Positions 17,122 to 26,018 of a stretch of DNA of 26,855 bases are shown one piece after another. Position numbers and translations under genes: made by a program. The stretch spans positions 36,272 through 63,126 of the forward strand of contig JAVHPP010000007.1 of the NCBI GenBank assembly GCA_036170655.1, given 5' to 3'. Under the pieces are notes generated by a model. That model saw only the letters and a program-made list of their open reading frames with translations, did no database searches and was not told where the DNA came from. How positions within the stretch are numbered: position 1 is the stretch's first letter; each line of letters starts with the position of its first letter. The DNA comes from Candidatus Zixiibacteriota bacterium (GTDB lineage Bacteria > Zixibacteria > MSB-5A5 > WJJR01).

Positions 17122-17961
17122 TCAATGGCGAACAGACGCGGGTTCCGTGCCGTGACACAGCGCTTCCATGTCGGCCAGACGAACGGGGGCTACCTCGTGA
17201 CCCAGAAAACGCTGCCCGACCAAGGCAAACCTCTCGGGCGTGTCGGAGACATAGAACAGGCGCTCCGCCTTTCCGTTACGTTCGCTGTGATGGTTGCGCG
17301 CGACGAGACGTTCTCCCACGGCCTGCGCCACTTCGGTGGCCGAATCAATCAGGCAGATGTCTGGCCCCATGACTCGGGCAATATCGGATTTCAGCAACGG
17401 GTAGTGGGTACAGCCGAGGACCAGCGTGTCAACACCAGCCTTCTTCAACGGTGTCAGATACGCTTCGGCGATCAGACGCGTCGCTTCTTTCCCGGCATAA
17501 CCCTCCTCCGCCAGCGCCACAAACAAGGGGCAGGCCGCCGAAGTAATTTGAATCTCCGGCGCGATGGCGTGCAGGGCGCGCGGATACGATCCTGAGCGAA
17601 TGGTCGCTTCGGTGCCGATCACACCGACCTGGCCGCTCCGCGTTGCCCGGACCGCGGCCGCCGCGCCCGGTTCGATCACGCCGATCACATCCACCGACGC
17701 GGCCGCCCGGACTTCATCCAACGCCAGAGATGATGCGGAGTTGCACGCCACCACGAGAAACTTGCACCCCTGTTGCTCGAGGAATGCGGCGATCTGGAGA
17801 CTGTATTCGACAATCACCCTCTTGGAGCGGACACCGTAAGGGTATCGTCCCGTGTCGCCGAAGTAGACCAATGACTCTGCCGGGTGGGCGCGTGCCAGCG
17901 CATCAAAGACGGTCAGCCCGCCCACCCCAGAATCAAAAACGCCGATCGGTTTGTTCTTCAT
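17122..17961 (-). CDS. murI: Glutamate racemase
   Basis: Motifs IGVFDSGVGGLTV, YPYG, ACNSAS and LGCTHYP. Confidence 0.96.
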   Translation of the reverse strand: MKNKPIGVFDSGVGGLTVFDALARAHPAESLVYFGDTGRYPYGVRSKRVIVEYSLQIAAFLEQQGCKFLVVACNSASSLALDEVRAAASVDVIGVIEPGAAAAVRATRSGQVGVIGTEATIRSGSYPRALHAIAPEIQITSAACPLFVALAEEGYAGKEATRLIAEAYLTPLKKAGVDTLVLGCTHYPLLKSDIARVMGPDICLIDSATEVAQAVGERLVARNHHSERNGKAERLFYVSDTPERFALVGQRFLGHEVAPVRLADMEALCHGTEPASVRH

Positions 17962-17964
17962 TGG

Positions 17965-19164
17965 TCACTGCTCGGATGCCAGAGTGTTGTGCCGCTCCAG
18001 TTTCGTGCGGTAGGCCACGACCCCACGGTAGATTGCCTCTGCCACCTTCTTCTGAAATGATTTCTTGCGAAGCAGCGCTTCGTCGGCGGAGTTGCTGATA
18101 TACCCCGCCAGGATCATAACCGCAGTTCTGCCCGACTTGCTCAGCAGTGGAGACTCCCGCTGTTGGGCGCCGAGGCCCGGCAATTCGATCGATGCTGCCA
18201 ATTCGGTCTGGATCAGCCGAGCCAGTTCGGATGAGGTTCCGGCAGCCCCACCCGAGGGCATTTTGCGTATTGTCGGGAGGGGGTCTGTTTGCGCAACGGT
18301 CGCGGTTGGCAGAATGCGTTCGGGAGAATCCAGCGCTGGTTTCGCCCTTTTCAGAGGCCCCGTGAAGATCGTTTTTGCTCCCCGCAACGCAGCCGTCCGC
18401 GACGAGTTTGTATGAATTGAAATCAACACGTCCGCCTTGGACGCGTGCGCCACCCGTACCCGCGCATCGAGTGACACGTCGCTGTCCTCGCTGCGTGTCA
18501 AGTAGACCTTGAATCGGGAATCCTTTTCGAACAACGTCGCCGTACGTTCGGCGATTGCCCGCGTGATGTTCTTCTCCGCTGTCCCCCATTTTGCTCCCAT
18601 ACCGCCTGAATCTTTGCCGCCGTGCCCGGGGTCGATGACGATGACGTCGCACATCTGCTTGGGCGCCGTCTTGGCCGCGCCCGATGGGAGAGTTCCCGAA
18701 CCGGGATCAGTGATCATTACCAGCACACGTTTCGGAGAGTACGGATCGGTCGTGACGATGTATTTCCCGACCGCACGTGTCATTCGGAATGAAATCTGGG
18801 CGGAACTGTCAAACTGGTAAGCGGCGACCTCCCTGACCGCGGGATGCGGTGCGCTCGACCGCATGCGATCAGGATCGAGCCGTCCGTACAGAAAGCTGAG
18901 ATTGATCCATTCGTTGTCTGTCAGGAACCATTCGTATTTCAGCGGTTCACTCAGTGACAGCTCGATGAGAATGCCATTGCTGCGGACATCGATCTTATAG
19001 TCAAGAATGTTGTAGGGGCTCTCCGTTTCTTTCTCGCCGGGTGGTTGAACTGTGGGCGCCGTTCCGGACGGCGGGGTTTCAGACGGAGGGGGATGGCCGC
19101 ATTGCCACAAGGTGAGCCCCAGCAGGATCACCAAAAAGGTCCGCACGAGAGCGCCTGCCCGCAT
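17965..19164 (-). CDS. N-acetylmuramoyl-L-alanine amidase-like protein (AMIN-like plus Amidase_3), probable lipoprotein, catalytic Glu absent
   Basis: Motifs VIDPGHGGKD, AEK, LTR, ISIHTNS and GYISN; signal LVILLGLTLWQ-C after ATG 19164. Confidence 0.82.
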   Translation of the reverse strand: MRAGALVRTFLVILLGLTLWQCGHPPPSETPPSGTAPTVQPPGEKETESPYNILDYKIDVRSNGILIELSLSEPLKYEWFLTDNEWINLSFLYGRLDPDRMRSSAPHPAVREVAAYQFDSSAQISFRMTRAVGKYIVTTDPYSPKRVLVMITDPGSGTLPSGAAKTAPKQMCDVIVIDPGHGGKDSGGMGAKWGTAEKNITRAIAERTATLFEKDSRFKVYLTRSEDSDVSLDARVRVAHASKADVLISIHTNSSRTAALRGAKTIFTGPLKRAKPALDSPERILPTATVAQTDPLPTIRKMPSGGAAGTSSELARLIQTELAASIELPGLGAQQRESPLLSKSGRTAVMILAGYISNSADEALLRKKSFQKKVAEAIYRGVVAYRTKLERHNTLASEQ

Positions 19165-19228
19165 CTCTTGATGCTTCCTGCGTGTTTCTGATTTGGCAAT
19201 CCGCCGTGAGTCCATTGGCAGTGATACC

Positions 19229-19699
19229 TCAGCCGCGCGAGAATCGTTCGCGCTGCATTTGCCGCTCGATCTCACGCTTGGCGATCGCCTGTCTCTTGTC
19301 ATATAACTTCTTCCCGCGTGCCAGACCCAATTCGATCTTGGCCACCCTGCCTTTGAAATAGACGCGCAGGGGGACCAAAGTCAGCCCCAACTGCTGTGTC
19401 TGTGCCATTAAGCGGCGGATCTGCCGCTTGGACAGCAGAAGTTTACGCGTGCGAGTGGGTTCATGGTTGAAACGATTCCCCGCCGTATACTCGGGAATGT
19501 GCACGCCGACCAGCCATGCCTCCCCGTGATCGATGCGCGCATAACCCTCCTTGAGGTTGCATTTGCCCTCGCGGAGTGATTTCACCTCGGTACCAGCCAA
19601 CACCATGCCTGCCTCGACCGTTTCGAGAATCTCGTAACGGTGTCGTGCCTGCCGGTTGGTTGTCACCGGCTTGATATCGGGGCGTTCCGCTCCGGCCAT
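19229..19699 (-). CDS. smpB: SsrA-binding protein SmpB
   Basis: Motifs NRQARHRY, EAGMVLAGTEVKSLR, RKLLL, TLVPL and GKKLYDKR. Confidence 0.96.
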   Translation of the reverse strand: MAGAERPDIKPVTTNRQARHRYEILETVEAGMVLAGTEVKSLREGKCNLKEGYARIDHGEAWLVGVHIPEYTAGNRFNHEPTRTRKLLLSKRQIRRLMAQTQQLGLTLVPLRVYFKGRVAKIELGLARGKKLYDKRQAIAKREIERQMQRERFSRG

Positions 19700-19794
19700 C
19701 CCCAGACAATAACGTCCTCCCGGATGCCGCATCCAACCATGAAGTTATGCCCCGTTCGACAGCGTGTCTCAACAGCCGATGCGACAAAATACTC

Positions 19795-19823
19795 TTGCGG
19801 CGTCACGGGAAATATCACATAAT
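19795..19823 (+). promoter_or_regulatory. Sigma70 promoter for tRNA-Leu
   Basis: TTGCGG-N17-CATAAT, ending 9 nt before the tRNA. Confidence 0.6.
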
Positions 19824-19832
19824 CGTTCCGGC

Positions 19833-19918
19833 GCCGAAGTGGTGGAACTGGCAGACACGCTGTGTTCAGGGCGCAGTGCCCTCTGGGTGTGCGGGTTCAA
19901 ATCCCGCCTTCGGCACCA
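19833..19918 (+). tRNA. tRNA-Leu (CAG), with encoded CCA
   Basis: GCCGAAG acceptor, CTGTG-TT-CAG-GG-CGCAG anticodon arm, long variable arm, GCGGG-TTCAAAT-CCCGC T arm, ending ACCA. Confidence 0.96.
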
Positions 19919-19937
19919 AAAGTTTACACTCCGCCGC

Positions 19938-19966
19938 GCACCCCCCGCGGCGGGGTGTTCTTCTTC
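19938..19966 (+). terminator. Terminator-like hairpin after tRNA-Leu
   Basis: GCACCCC/GGGGTGT stem followed by TCTTCTT. Confidence 0.55.
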
Positions 19967-20016
19967 TGGGACGAAGAATCTGTTTTCCCCGAACGGATAC
20001 GGCGGCTCGCCGGCGG

Positions 20017-20712
20017 CTACCCCGCCGACAGAATCTGCTTCCACGCCGCCAACACCATCTCTTCGGCGCCGGCCAGGGAGATTCGTCCCGTGTTAATGAC
20101 CAGGTGGTAGTCCATGGCGTTGTCGATCTCGGCGCCAAAGTTCTCCCGATAGAAATCACGCCGCTGGTTGTCCGATTTCATCACGCGACGCTGGGCCTCT
20201 GCCAGTGACATCCCCCTGTAGTTGACCAGATTCGCAACGCGCAGTTCACGTGCGGCGATGATGCGCACGTGCAGCCCTCCGCGCTGAGCGAGGATGACAT
20301 TCCCGGCACGGCCAAGAATCACGGCTTCCCCATGCCCGGCCACGGCCGTGACCGATTTCACCAGCCAGTGATTGTACTCCGTGCGGTCAACATATCGCCC
20401 TGCCAGGATGCCATCCACCCACAGGTCAATCCCCGAGCGGGTTTGCTCGTCGAGCGCGGTGATCAGCTTGTCGCGTGCGCCGGTGTTCTGCACGATGTAG
20501 TCAAGGATTTGACGGTCCACAAACTCGAAGTTCAGCATCCGGGCGACACGTTCCGCCAGCGTGTGTCCACCCGAACCAGTCTGACGCGAGATCGTGATGA
20601 CACGCAGTGGCGATGCCGGGGATGGACCCTCGGCTGCCTTGGGGACGGCCGCCCGGGCTCTCATTTCCAGCCGCATCAATTGCCGGTTGACCAAAGCCTC
20701 GATCGATGTCAT
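20017..20712 (-). CDS. Cytidylate kinase-like family protein
   Basis: Motifs VITISRQTGSGG, AVILGRAGN, LHVRIIA and YHLVINT; GAGGCGG RBS before ATG 20712. Confidence 0.85.
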   Translation of the reverse strand: MTSIEALVNRQLMRLEMRARAAVPKAAEGPSPASPLRVITISRQTGSGGHTLAERVARMLNFEFVDRQILDYIVQNTGARDKLITALDEQTRSGIDLWVDGILAGRYVDRTEYNHWLVKSVTAVAGHGEAVILGRAGNVILAQRGGLHVRIIAARELRVANLVNYRGMSLAEAQRRVMKSDNQRRDFYRENFGAEIDNAMDYHLVINTGRISLAGAEEMVLAAWKQILSAG

Positions 20713-20900
20713 ACCGTTCCGCCTCGCTTTCCGTGACTGCCATACGTGATACGTGGCGCCCATGAAGAAATGTACTGACAGCGCGGTCGCTGCGCTGTTT
20801 TGACTGACCTGGTATCACTGAATTGAGTTGAACTATTTGTCCGGCTGAGGCGTATTTTCTCCGGAGAGCGCGGCGCTCCACCAAGTCCGACGTTACCGGT

Positions 20901-22364
20901 GTGAATATGACGATGCCCGGCCTGCGAACCATGATCTGGCTGACCTTCTGCGGGGCAGCGCTGGCTGTCTTTGGGTGCGGTGCGACCCGGCCCGAGGACA
21001 ACGAGTTACCTCCTCTCACCAGCCGCCAGCGTGACGCGGCCATGAGGGCGCTCCTGGGAAAGGAAAAATTCGCCGACTACGTCATCATTGCCGACACCGC
21101 CGAATCCCATGCCTGGCTATCCACCTTCTGGCATGAACACGACCCGACACCGACCACCGAGGAAAACGAGTTTGAGGCGGAACATCAAAGGCGCGTCCAT
21201 CACGCCATACACTTCTTTGGCAGCAACCAGAAGGGTGGGCCTCCTTGGGACGAGAGGGGAGAGGTGTACATTCGTTATGGAGAGCCCAGTGAGCGCCGGA
21301 TTCTCCAGAACGGCGCCGCTGACGACCCGTACGCCCGGCCCCAGAGAGCGCAGGGTGGTCATGGGGAAGATGACGACGGCCGGACGCTCGCCAAGCTTGA
21401 TGCCGTGGCCGAAGTCTGGACGTACTACCGCTGGAATCAGATTTTTCAGTTCGAAGATAAGAGGGGCTGGGGGTTCTTCGAGATGGTTCCTGTCACTGAT
21501 CCATCATCCCCCCCGCAGGATTTGGGGGAATTCTTCAACGCACGGCTCAATGCTGTCGACCTCCAGCCCGCTATCTATTTCCATGAGTATGGCCGGAATC
21601 TGATTGACTATGCCCTCGATGTCGTTCGCTTCCATTCCGGCGACAACCTCTGGCGCGTTGATGTCAATCTCGGCTACCCGCTGTCCGAACTGGGGCGCGG
21701 GACCGATTCCATGTCGGTTTCCCTGCGCCGGACACTGGTCATCCGCGATGACAAGCAGCAGGAAGTCTACAGCGAAGTGGGTGTGATCAATCGGCGAATC
21801 GACAGTATCCAGACATCACACCGGCTGATGGTCGAGCAGCGCATCTGTGACCTCCCTTCAGGGAAGTACCATCTGGCGGTGACCATCGACGATCTGTTCA
21901 ACAGCAAGACAGGAACATACACCAAGACATTCATTCTGCCCAAGTACATCGTCTCCGCCGTCCACGAAATCTCCGATGTCGAGATGGCGTCGTTTGTCTG
22001 GACCATCTACGAGCCCGGCGCCCCCTTCTTGAAGGGCGGCCGGATGGTGATGCCCCTGCCCTCCCGAGTCTATCTCCCGGATCAGCAACTGGCCTTTTAC
22101 TACGAAGTCTACAATCTGCTTCTGGGCACGGATAGCGTCGCCCGGTACACGGTGTCGTATGATATCCGAGACGCGCACGGGAAATCCCGGTACAAGTTCA
22201 ACGAGCCGGGCGACTTCACTGCCACCGGGCGGGACGTGAAGCAGTTTGGCAGCCTCGATCTGGGGCATATTCCCCCCGGGGATTATCTTCTGTCGATTAC
22301 GGTCCACGATGTCGTCGGCCTCCACGATCGTACGACTGTCGCCATGTTTAAGAAATCCGGATGA
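20901..22364 (+). CDS. GWxTD domain-like lipoprotein with C-terminal Ig-like domains
   Basis: Lipobox VFG-C; FWHEHDPTPTTEENEF..EH.RRV; PWDERGEVYIRYGEP; EVWTY; Ig-like G.Y.L.VT segments. Start could be 20901, 20907 or 20913. Confidence 0.82.
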   Translation: MNMTMPGLRTMIWLTFCGAALAVFGCGATRPEDNELPPLTSRQRDAAMRALLGKEKFADYVIIADTAESHAWLSTFWHEHDPTPTTEENEFEAEHQRRVHHAIHFFGSNQKGGPPWDERGEVYIRYGEPSERRILQNGAADDPYARPQRAQGGHGEDDDGRTLAKLDAVAEVWTYYRWNQIFQFEDKRGWGFFEMVPVTDPSSPPQDLGEFFNARLNAVDLQPAIYFHEYGRNLIDYALDVVRFHSGDNLWRVDVNLGYPLSELGRGTDSMSVSLRRTLVIRDDKQQEVYSEVGVINRRIDSIQTSHRLMVEQRICDLPSGKYHLAVTIDDLFNSKTGTYTKTFILPKYIVSAVHEISDVEMASFVWTIYEPGAPFLKGGRMVMPLPSRVYLPDQQLAFYYEVYNLLLGTDSVARYTVSYDIRDAHGKSRYKFNEPGDFTATGRDVKQFGSLDLGHIPPGDYLLSITVHDVVGLHDRTTVAMFKKSG

Positions 22365-22419
22365 TCCGGTGCAGGCGCTCCAGCCGGTCCTGACATCGTT
22401 CCGCACGACCCAGACAGAT

Positions 22420-22451
22420 GCGGGTGGGGACTGACGATAATCCCTACCCGC
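22420..22451. terminator. Hairpin between convergent genes, possible bidirectional terminator
   Basis: GCGGGTGGGGA-N10-TCCCTACCCGC, an 11-bp stem with one G-U pair; the U tracts are weak. Confidence 0.5.
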
Positions 22452-22478
22452 TTCTGACATCCTGATTGTCTGCGGTTG

Positions 22479-22907
22479 TTACTGTGGTCTGACCAGAACC
22501 GTGATTGTGCCCTTCATCCCCATGAGCTCGTGGGGCTGGCAGAAGTAGTTGATTGTTCCCGACTTGATAAAGACCCACTGGAAGGTTTGCCCCGAGGGGA
22601 GCGGATGATCGAACATGCTTCCTACGTTCGGATCACTCGCCCCGGTTCCCGAGGTCACAGTATGACCCCCACTGCTCGTCCACATGACGGTGTCACCCGT
22701 GTAGATCCGTAGTTGAGCGGGGCTAAATGAGGTCCCTGGGGTGCTGACGTGCCAAGTCTTGGGTGGACCGGGAGGGCCGTCGCCCCCCGAATTCGTGGGC
22801 GAACTGTTCTTGGTGCATCCCATCCCGGCCATGAACCCGGTGAGTAGCAAAAGCCCCGCCAGTGCCACGGCCTTTCTCGATAATAGATGTTGACGTCTGT
22901 TTGGCAT
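22479..22907 (-). CDS. Type-1 blue copper (plastocyanin-like cupredoxin) lipoprotein
   Basis: Lipobox GMG-C; FSP..L.I..GDTV.W; ligands GHTV and C-x2-H-x4-M (CQPHELMGM); AAGGAGG RBS. Confidence 0.9.
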   Translation of the reverse strand: MPNRRQHLLSRKAVALAGLLLLTGFMAGMGCTKNSSPTNSGGDGPPGPPKTWHVSTPGTSFSPAQLRIYTGDTVMWTSSGGHTVTSGTGASDPNVGSMFDHPLPSGQTFQWVFIKSGTINYFCQPHELMGMKGTITVLVRPQ

Positions 22908-23027
22908 GATGCCTCCTTATGCAGGACAGAAACACTCTTTTATTCCTTATGTTCCCGCCAAAAAGGGATAACCGCAATGGCCCCGTCAGCGGGACCGATT
23001 CGGGCAATCCGGGCCACAGCTACGCCT

Positions 23028-24251
23028 TCAATAAAAGGCGTGAACGATCAGCTCCAAACGCCGCGACGTATCCTCGCCAATCCTTTCCAGCCGCAAGACG
23101 GGTTCAATCTTCAGGAAGTGACGAATGTAGATCCGTGAACCAACAGAAACTTCGCTCTGGGTGCTGCCCCCCGAGTCCGTGTTGGGATCATAGAAATCAT
23201 ACCCCAGATAGAGATCGACCCCCCGGTGCGGCTTGAAGTCAAGTTGCTGTGAGAAGACCCACGATCGTGTGGTCCCCGGTGTGTCCGGTCCCAGCAATTC
23301 CCTTCGTATCCGAAAGAAGTCGCCGAGATACGCGAGTCTGCCCCAACCGGCCTGTCCCTGCGCGCCCAAGGTGAGTTCACGTGAGTCCGGTCCGCGATTC
23401 CAGCGGGCTGACCCGCCCAGCGCTGCATGGACAGAGCCAATCCGCTGGCGGTATAAGACCCGTCCCACTATCTCTTTCTGGGAGTTGTCATCGAACGCAT
23501 TCGCCGCGCCGTTGAATACGCCGGCGGACGCAACGAAGGGTCCGGGGTAGATGCCCGCTTCGATACCCGCATCAGTCACGACGGGAAACGACGGCCATAA
23601 TGCCAGCCGCGTAAAGCGGGTGTGATCGTCCCAGCGCCAGCCGATATCCGGCACGAACTGCCCGACCTTGATGTATCCATGCGCCGGCAACACGCGTCCC
23701 AGAGCGAATGTCTCAAACCCGCCGTACCATCCCTTGGCGAAATACAATGTGAAGTGCGGATCGGGGTCGAACGACAGATAGACCGAACCCTGCATCGTCA
23801 AGAACGAATTGGTGGCGTTGCCATGATCCTGCACGAGGAAGCCGCCCCGGTCAAGATGGGCGGATCTCACGGGCGACGTGGACGGTTGTTTCAATGAAGA
23901 AACCGCCTGATGGCCCCCGTGTCCGGTGTCGGCCTCCTTCACCGCCTCCGCCAGATACAACATTCTGAAATCGGCGCCGATTGTGATCTGGTCATTGATC
24001 TTTGGGTTGGGCATCAAGGACGGCTCGTGTGCCGTCAGTGGTTTGAGCGCCAATTCCGTCGGCCCCATGAATTGCGTAACGAAGGACGTGCGCATTCCGC
24101 CACCGGTCGGATTGACATGACATAACTGGCAATTCTGGCCGTATGAAGCGGCGAGCCGGGGGGTCGCATCGGCATGCCCAGTAGTCATCAGGACGGCAAG
24201 CGCCGCTATGGTCACCATTCTGTTCCTGATTGTCGTCGCTCGAATCTCCAT
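23028..24251 (-). CDS. Monoheme cytochrome c fused to a porin-like outer-membrane beta-barrel
   Basis: Signal peptide ending ADA-T; CQLCH at 24117-24131; porin-like segments YIKVGQF.P..G and D.GIEAG...AGVFNG; aromatic C-terminus VHAFY; GGAGGGGGAG RBS. Confidence 0.78.
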   Translation of the reverse strand: MEIRATTIRNRMVTIAALAVLMTTGHADATPRLAASYGQNCQLCHVNPTGGGMRTSFVTQFMGPTELALKPLTAHEPSLMPNPKINDQITIGADFRMLYLAEAVKEADTGHGGHQAVSSLKQPSTSPVRSAHLDRGGFLVQDHGNATNSFLTMQGSVYLSFDPDPHFTLYFAKGWYGGFETFALGRVLPAHGYIKVGQFVPDIGWRWDDHTRFTRLALWPSFPVVTDAGIEAGIYPGPFVASAGVFNGAANAFDDNSQKEIVGRVLYRQRIGSVHAALGGSARWNRGPDSRELTLGAQGQAGWGRLAYLGDFFRIRRELLGPDTPGTTRSWVFSQQLDFKPHRGVDLYLGYDFYDPNTDSGGSTQSEVSVGSRIYIRHFLKIEPVLRLERIGEDTSRRLELIVHAFY

Positions 24252-24545
24252 GACTCCCCCTCCGGTATAAAATGAAGCCCGAACCGATGTCCGGGCCCAT
24301 TTCCCCAGGTTTATAGGTGGGACTTTCAGTGAGGCTCACCCCAGAAGGGCGTGGAAGCCTTAATGATCATATCATGTGCGCTCGCCATTTTCCGGCCGCA
24401 TCAGCGTCTTCTCTCGTACCTTGGGCGTGAGACCGTCCTGTAGACACAAGTTACCCACTCGCTTCAGTCGCACAACAATTATTTTCTGCCGGTCCATGTC
24501 TCGCCAGAAGGCTGCCGTAGGGGGGCTGATGAATCAGCGTTGACC

Positions 24546-25928
24546 TCAAAGACGTATGGGGAAGCGCATCGCCACGGAGACATAAGTATAAGCGGCGTCA
24601 CGCGACCGGTCGGTGTGCCGCTCGGAGGAATAGGCGATGGTGGCCGATGCCGTTGGTCCCTGTCGCATGGCCAGATCCGCGTGCCACGTGATCTCCCAGA
24701 ACGAGTAGTCATCGTACACCGGCGATGCCGATGCGTAATCGCGGGACCCAAGCCGTGGGAACACCTCAGTCCACAAGATGGCGCCGGGATTCCACGCTAC
24801 CCGGGGGCCGGCTGACCATTGTTTGTAGTTATTAAACGCAAATGAATCCTGAATCGCCTGCTCCAGCCGCCACTCCAACGTGCCTCCCAATTCCCAAACC
24901 TCGTGCAGCGTTACACGCACCGAGGGTTCGAATCTCACATCACGCACGTCAAAATGAAGGTCATCCGGGTGGCGATATTTCCAGGACTGCCAGGACGCGA
25001 CCGCGGACAGACGCCACGTCGGTGAGAGGTCAAGATCGGCGCGCGACAGCATGACCCACCGGGTGAAGTCATCCTGGCCACCCGTCGAATCATAATCGCG
25101 ATCGGCCAGCGAGAACTCTGATTCCAAGCGCCACCGTCCGAACTGCCACCCGGCAGCGGCGAGCCGGGCAAAGCGCTCGTCGTAGCCGAGGGACAGAGAA
25201 CCGGGGACATGACGGCGTAACAGCCCCAGCCGCAACTCAAGCGACTGAAACTTTTCGCCCAAGTACTCGAACCCCGCCTGTCCGCGCAGTCGCGAATAAT
25301 CATAGGTGTATGACGTATTGCGGTGGTAGTCAGTCACCTCCCAATCGACCGGCGCGAGGACGGCGATCTGGTCATTGATCTGCCGCCTGGGCGCCAGTTC
25401 AAGACGCGCGTAGGTGTACGAACTCAGCGACGTATCCTTGGTGTCTCGTCCTTTCCACTCGAACCGGCCGTTGAAGTCGGCCCGCCAGCGCCCTGACGTC
25501 CACCGCCCACGTCCCAAGGCAATGTCCCGCCATAGAGATTTGGTGGCGTACACAGTGTTCTCCAGCCGCCAGCGCCCGGATTCCATCCCCAGTCCCAGCG
25601 AGCCATACGTCTCCTCAAAATCAGTCAGTGTCTTCCGGATTCGCTCCAGCGAATCAGGACTCAGCGACGCCGAGTCGAGAAAAAAGATTTCGCTGAAGCG
25701 ATCATGGCCGATCCCCGGAGTGATGATCACAGCGGTCTTCTGCGCAGATGCCGGGGGGGCCGGCGTCAGACAGAATGCCACGATCATGGCACAGATGAAG
25801 AAGACCGCATGATGGCCAAGCCATCGGATGGCGCCGTGGTGCAACACCGCCGCACCCAGGATTGTCCTCGGTGGGTTATGTGTGGACATCACCGGGTACG
25901 CCATCTTCATGGTTGGTCCGATGTCCAC
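24546..25928 (-). CDS. Hypothetical large outer-membrane beta-barrel protein
   Basis: Long ORF with a signal-like segment ending ASA-Q, many Trp/Tyr-rich amphipathic strands and C-terminus YVSVAMRFPIRL. The true start is probably downstream of 25928. Confidence 0.65.
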   Translation of the reverse strand: MDIGPTMKMAYPVMSTHNPPRTILGAAVLHHGAIRWLGHHAVFFICAMIVAFCLTPAPPASAQKTAVIITPGIGHDRFSEIFFLDSASLSPDSLERIRKTLTDFEETYGSLGLGMESGRWRLENTVYATKSLWRDIALGRGRWTSGRWRADFNGRFEWKGRDTKDTSLSSYTYARLELAPRRQINDQIAVLAPVDWEVTDYHRNTSYTYDYSRLRGQAGFEYLGEKFQSLELRLGLLRRHVPGSLSLGYDERFARLAAAGWQFGRWRLESEFSLADRDYDSTGGQDDFTRWVMLSRADLDLSPTWRLSAVASWQSWKYRHPDDLHFDVRDVRFEPSVRVTLHEVWELGGTLEWRLEQAIQDSFAFNNYKQWSAGPRVAWNPGAILWTEVFPRLGSRDYASASPVYDDYSFWEITWHADLAMRQGPTASATIAYSSERHTDRSRDAAYTYVSVAMRFPIRL

Positions 25929-25968
25929 AGGTACACATTACAGAGTCATCACGCTATGGAACAGACAG

Positions 25969-26009
25969 AAAAAACCCCCCGGACGAATGTCTCGCCCGAG
26001 GGGGATTTT
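25969..26009 (-). terminator. Intrinsic terminator-like hairpin
   Basis: Imperfect CCCC..CGGGCGA/TCGTCCGGGGGG stem followed by TTTTTT on the minus strand, just after the stop at 26019. Confidence 0.6.
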
Positions 26010-26018
26010 GAACAGTCC

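Noticed and set aside
19165..19832. tmRNA expected near smpB; CRISPR arrays or transposases anywhere in the window
   Set aside because: The intergenic gaps near smpB are too short for ssrA, and I saw no regularly spaced repeats, cas genes or transposase/integrase motifs.
22914..22951. CATAAGGA repeated twice, 30 nt apart, upstream of the cupredoxin (possible CsrA-type sites)
   Set aside because: One copy is simply the RBS, and two 8-mers are too little support.
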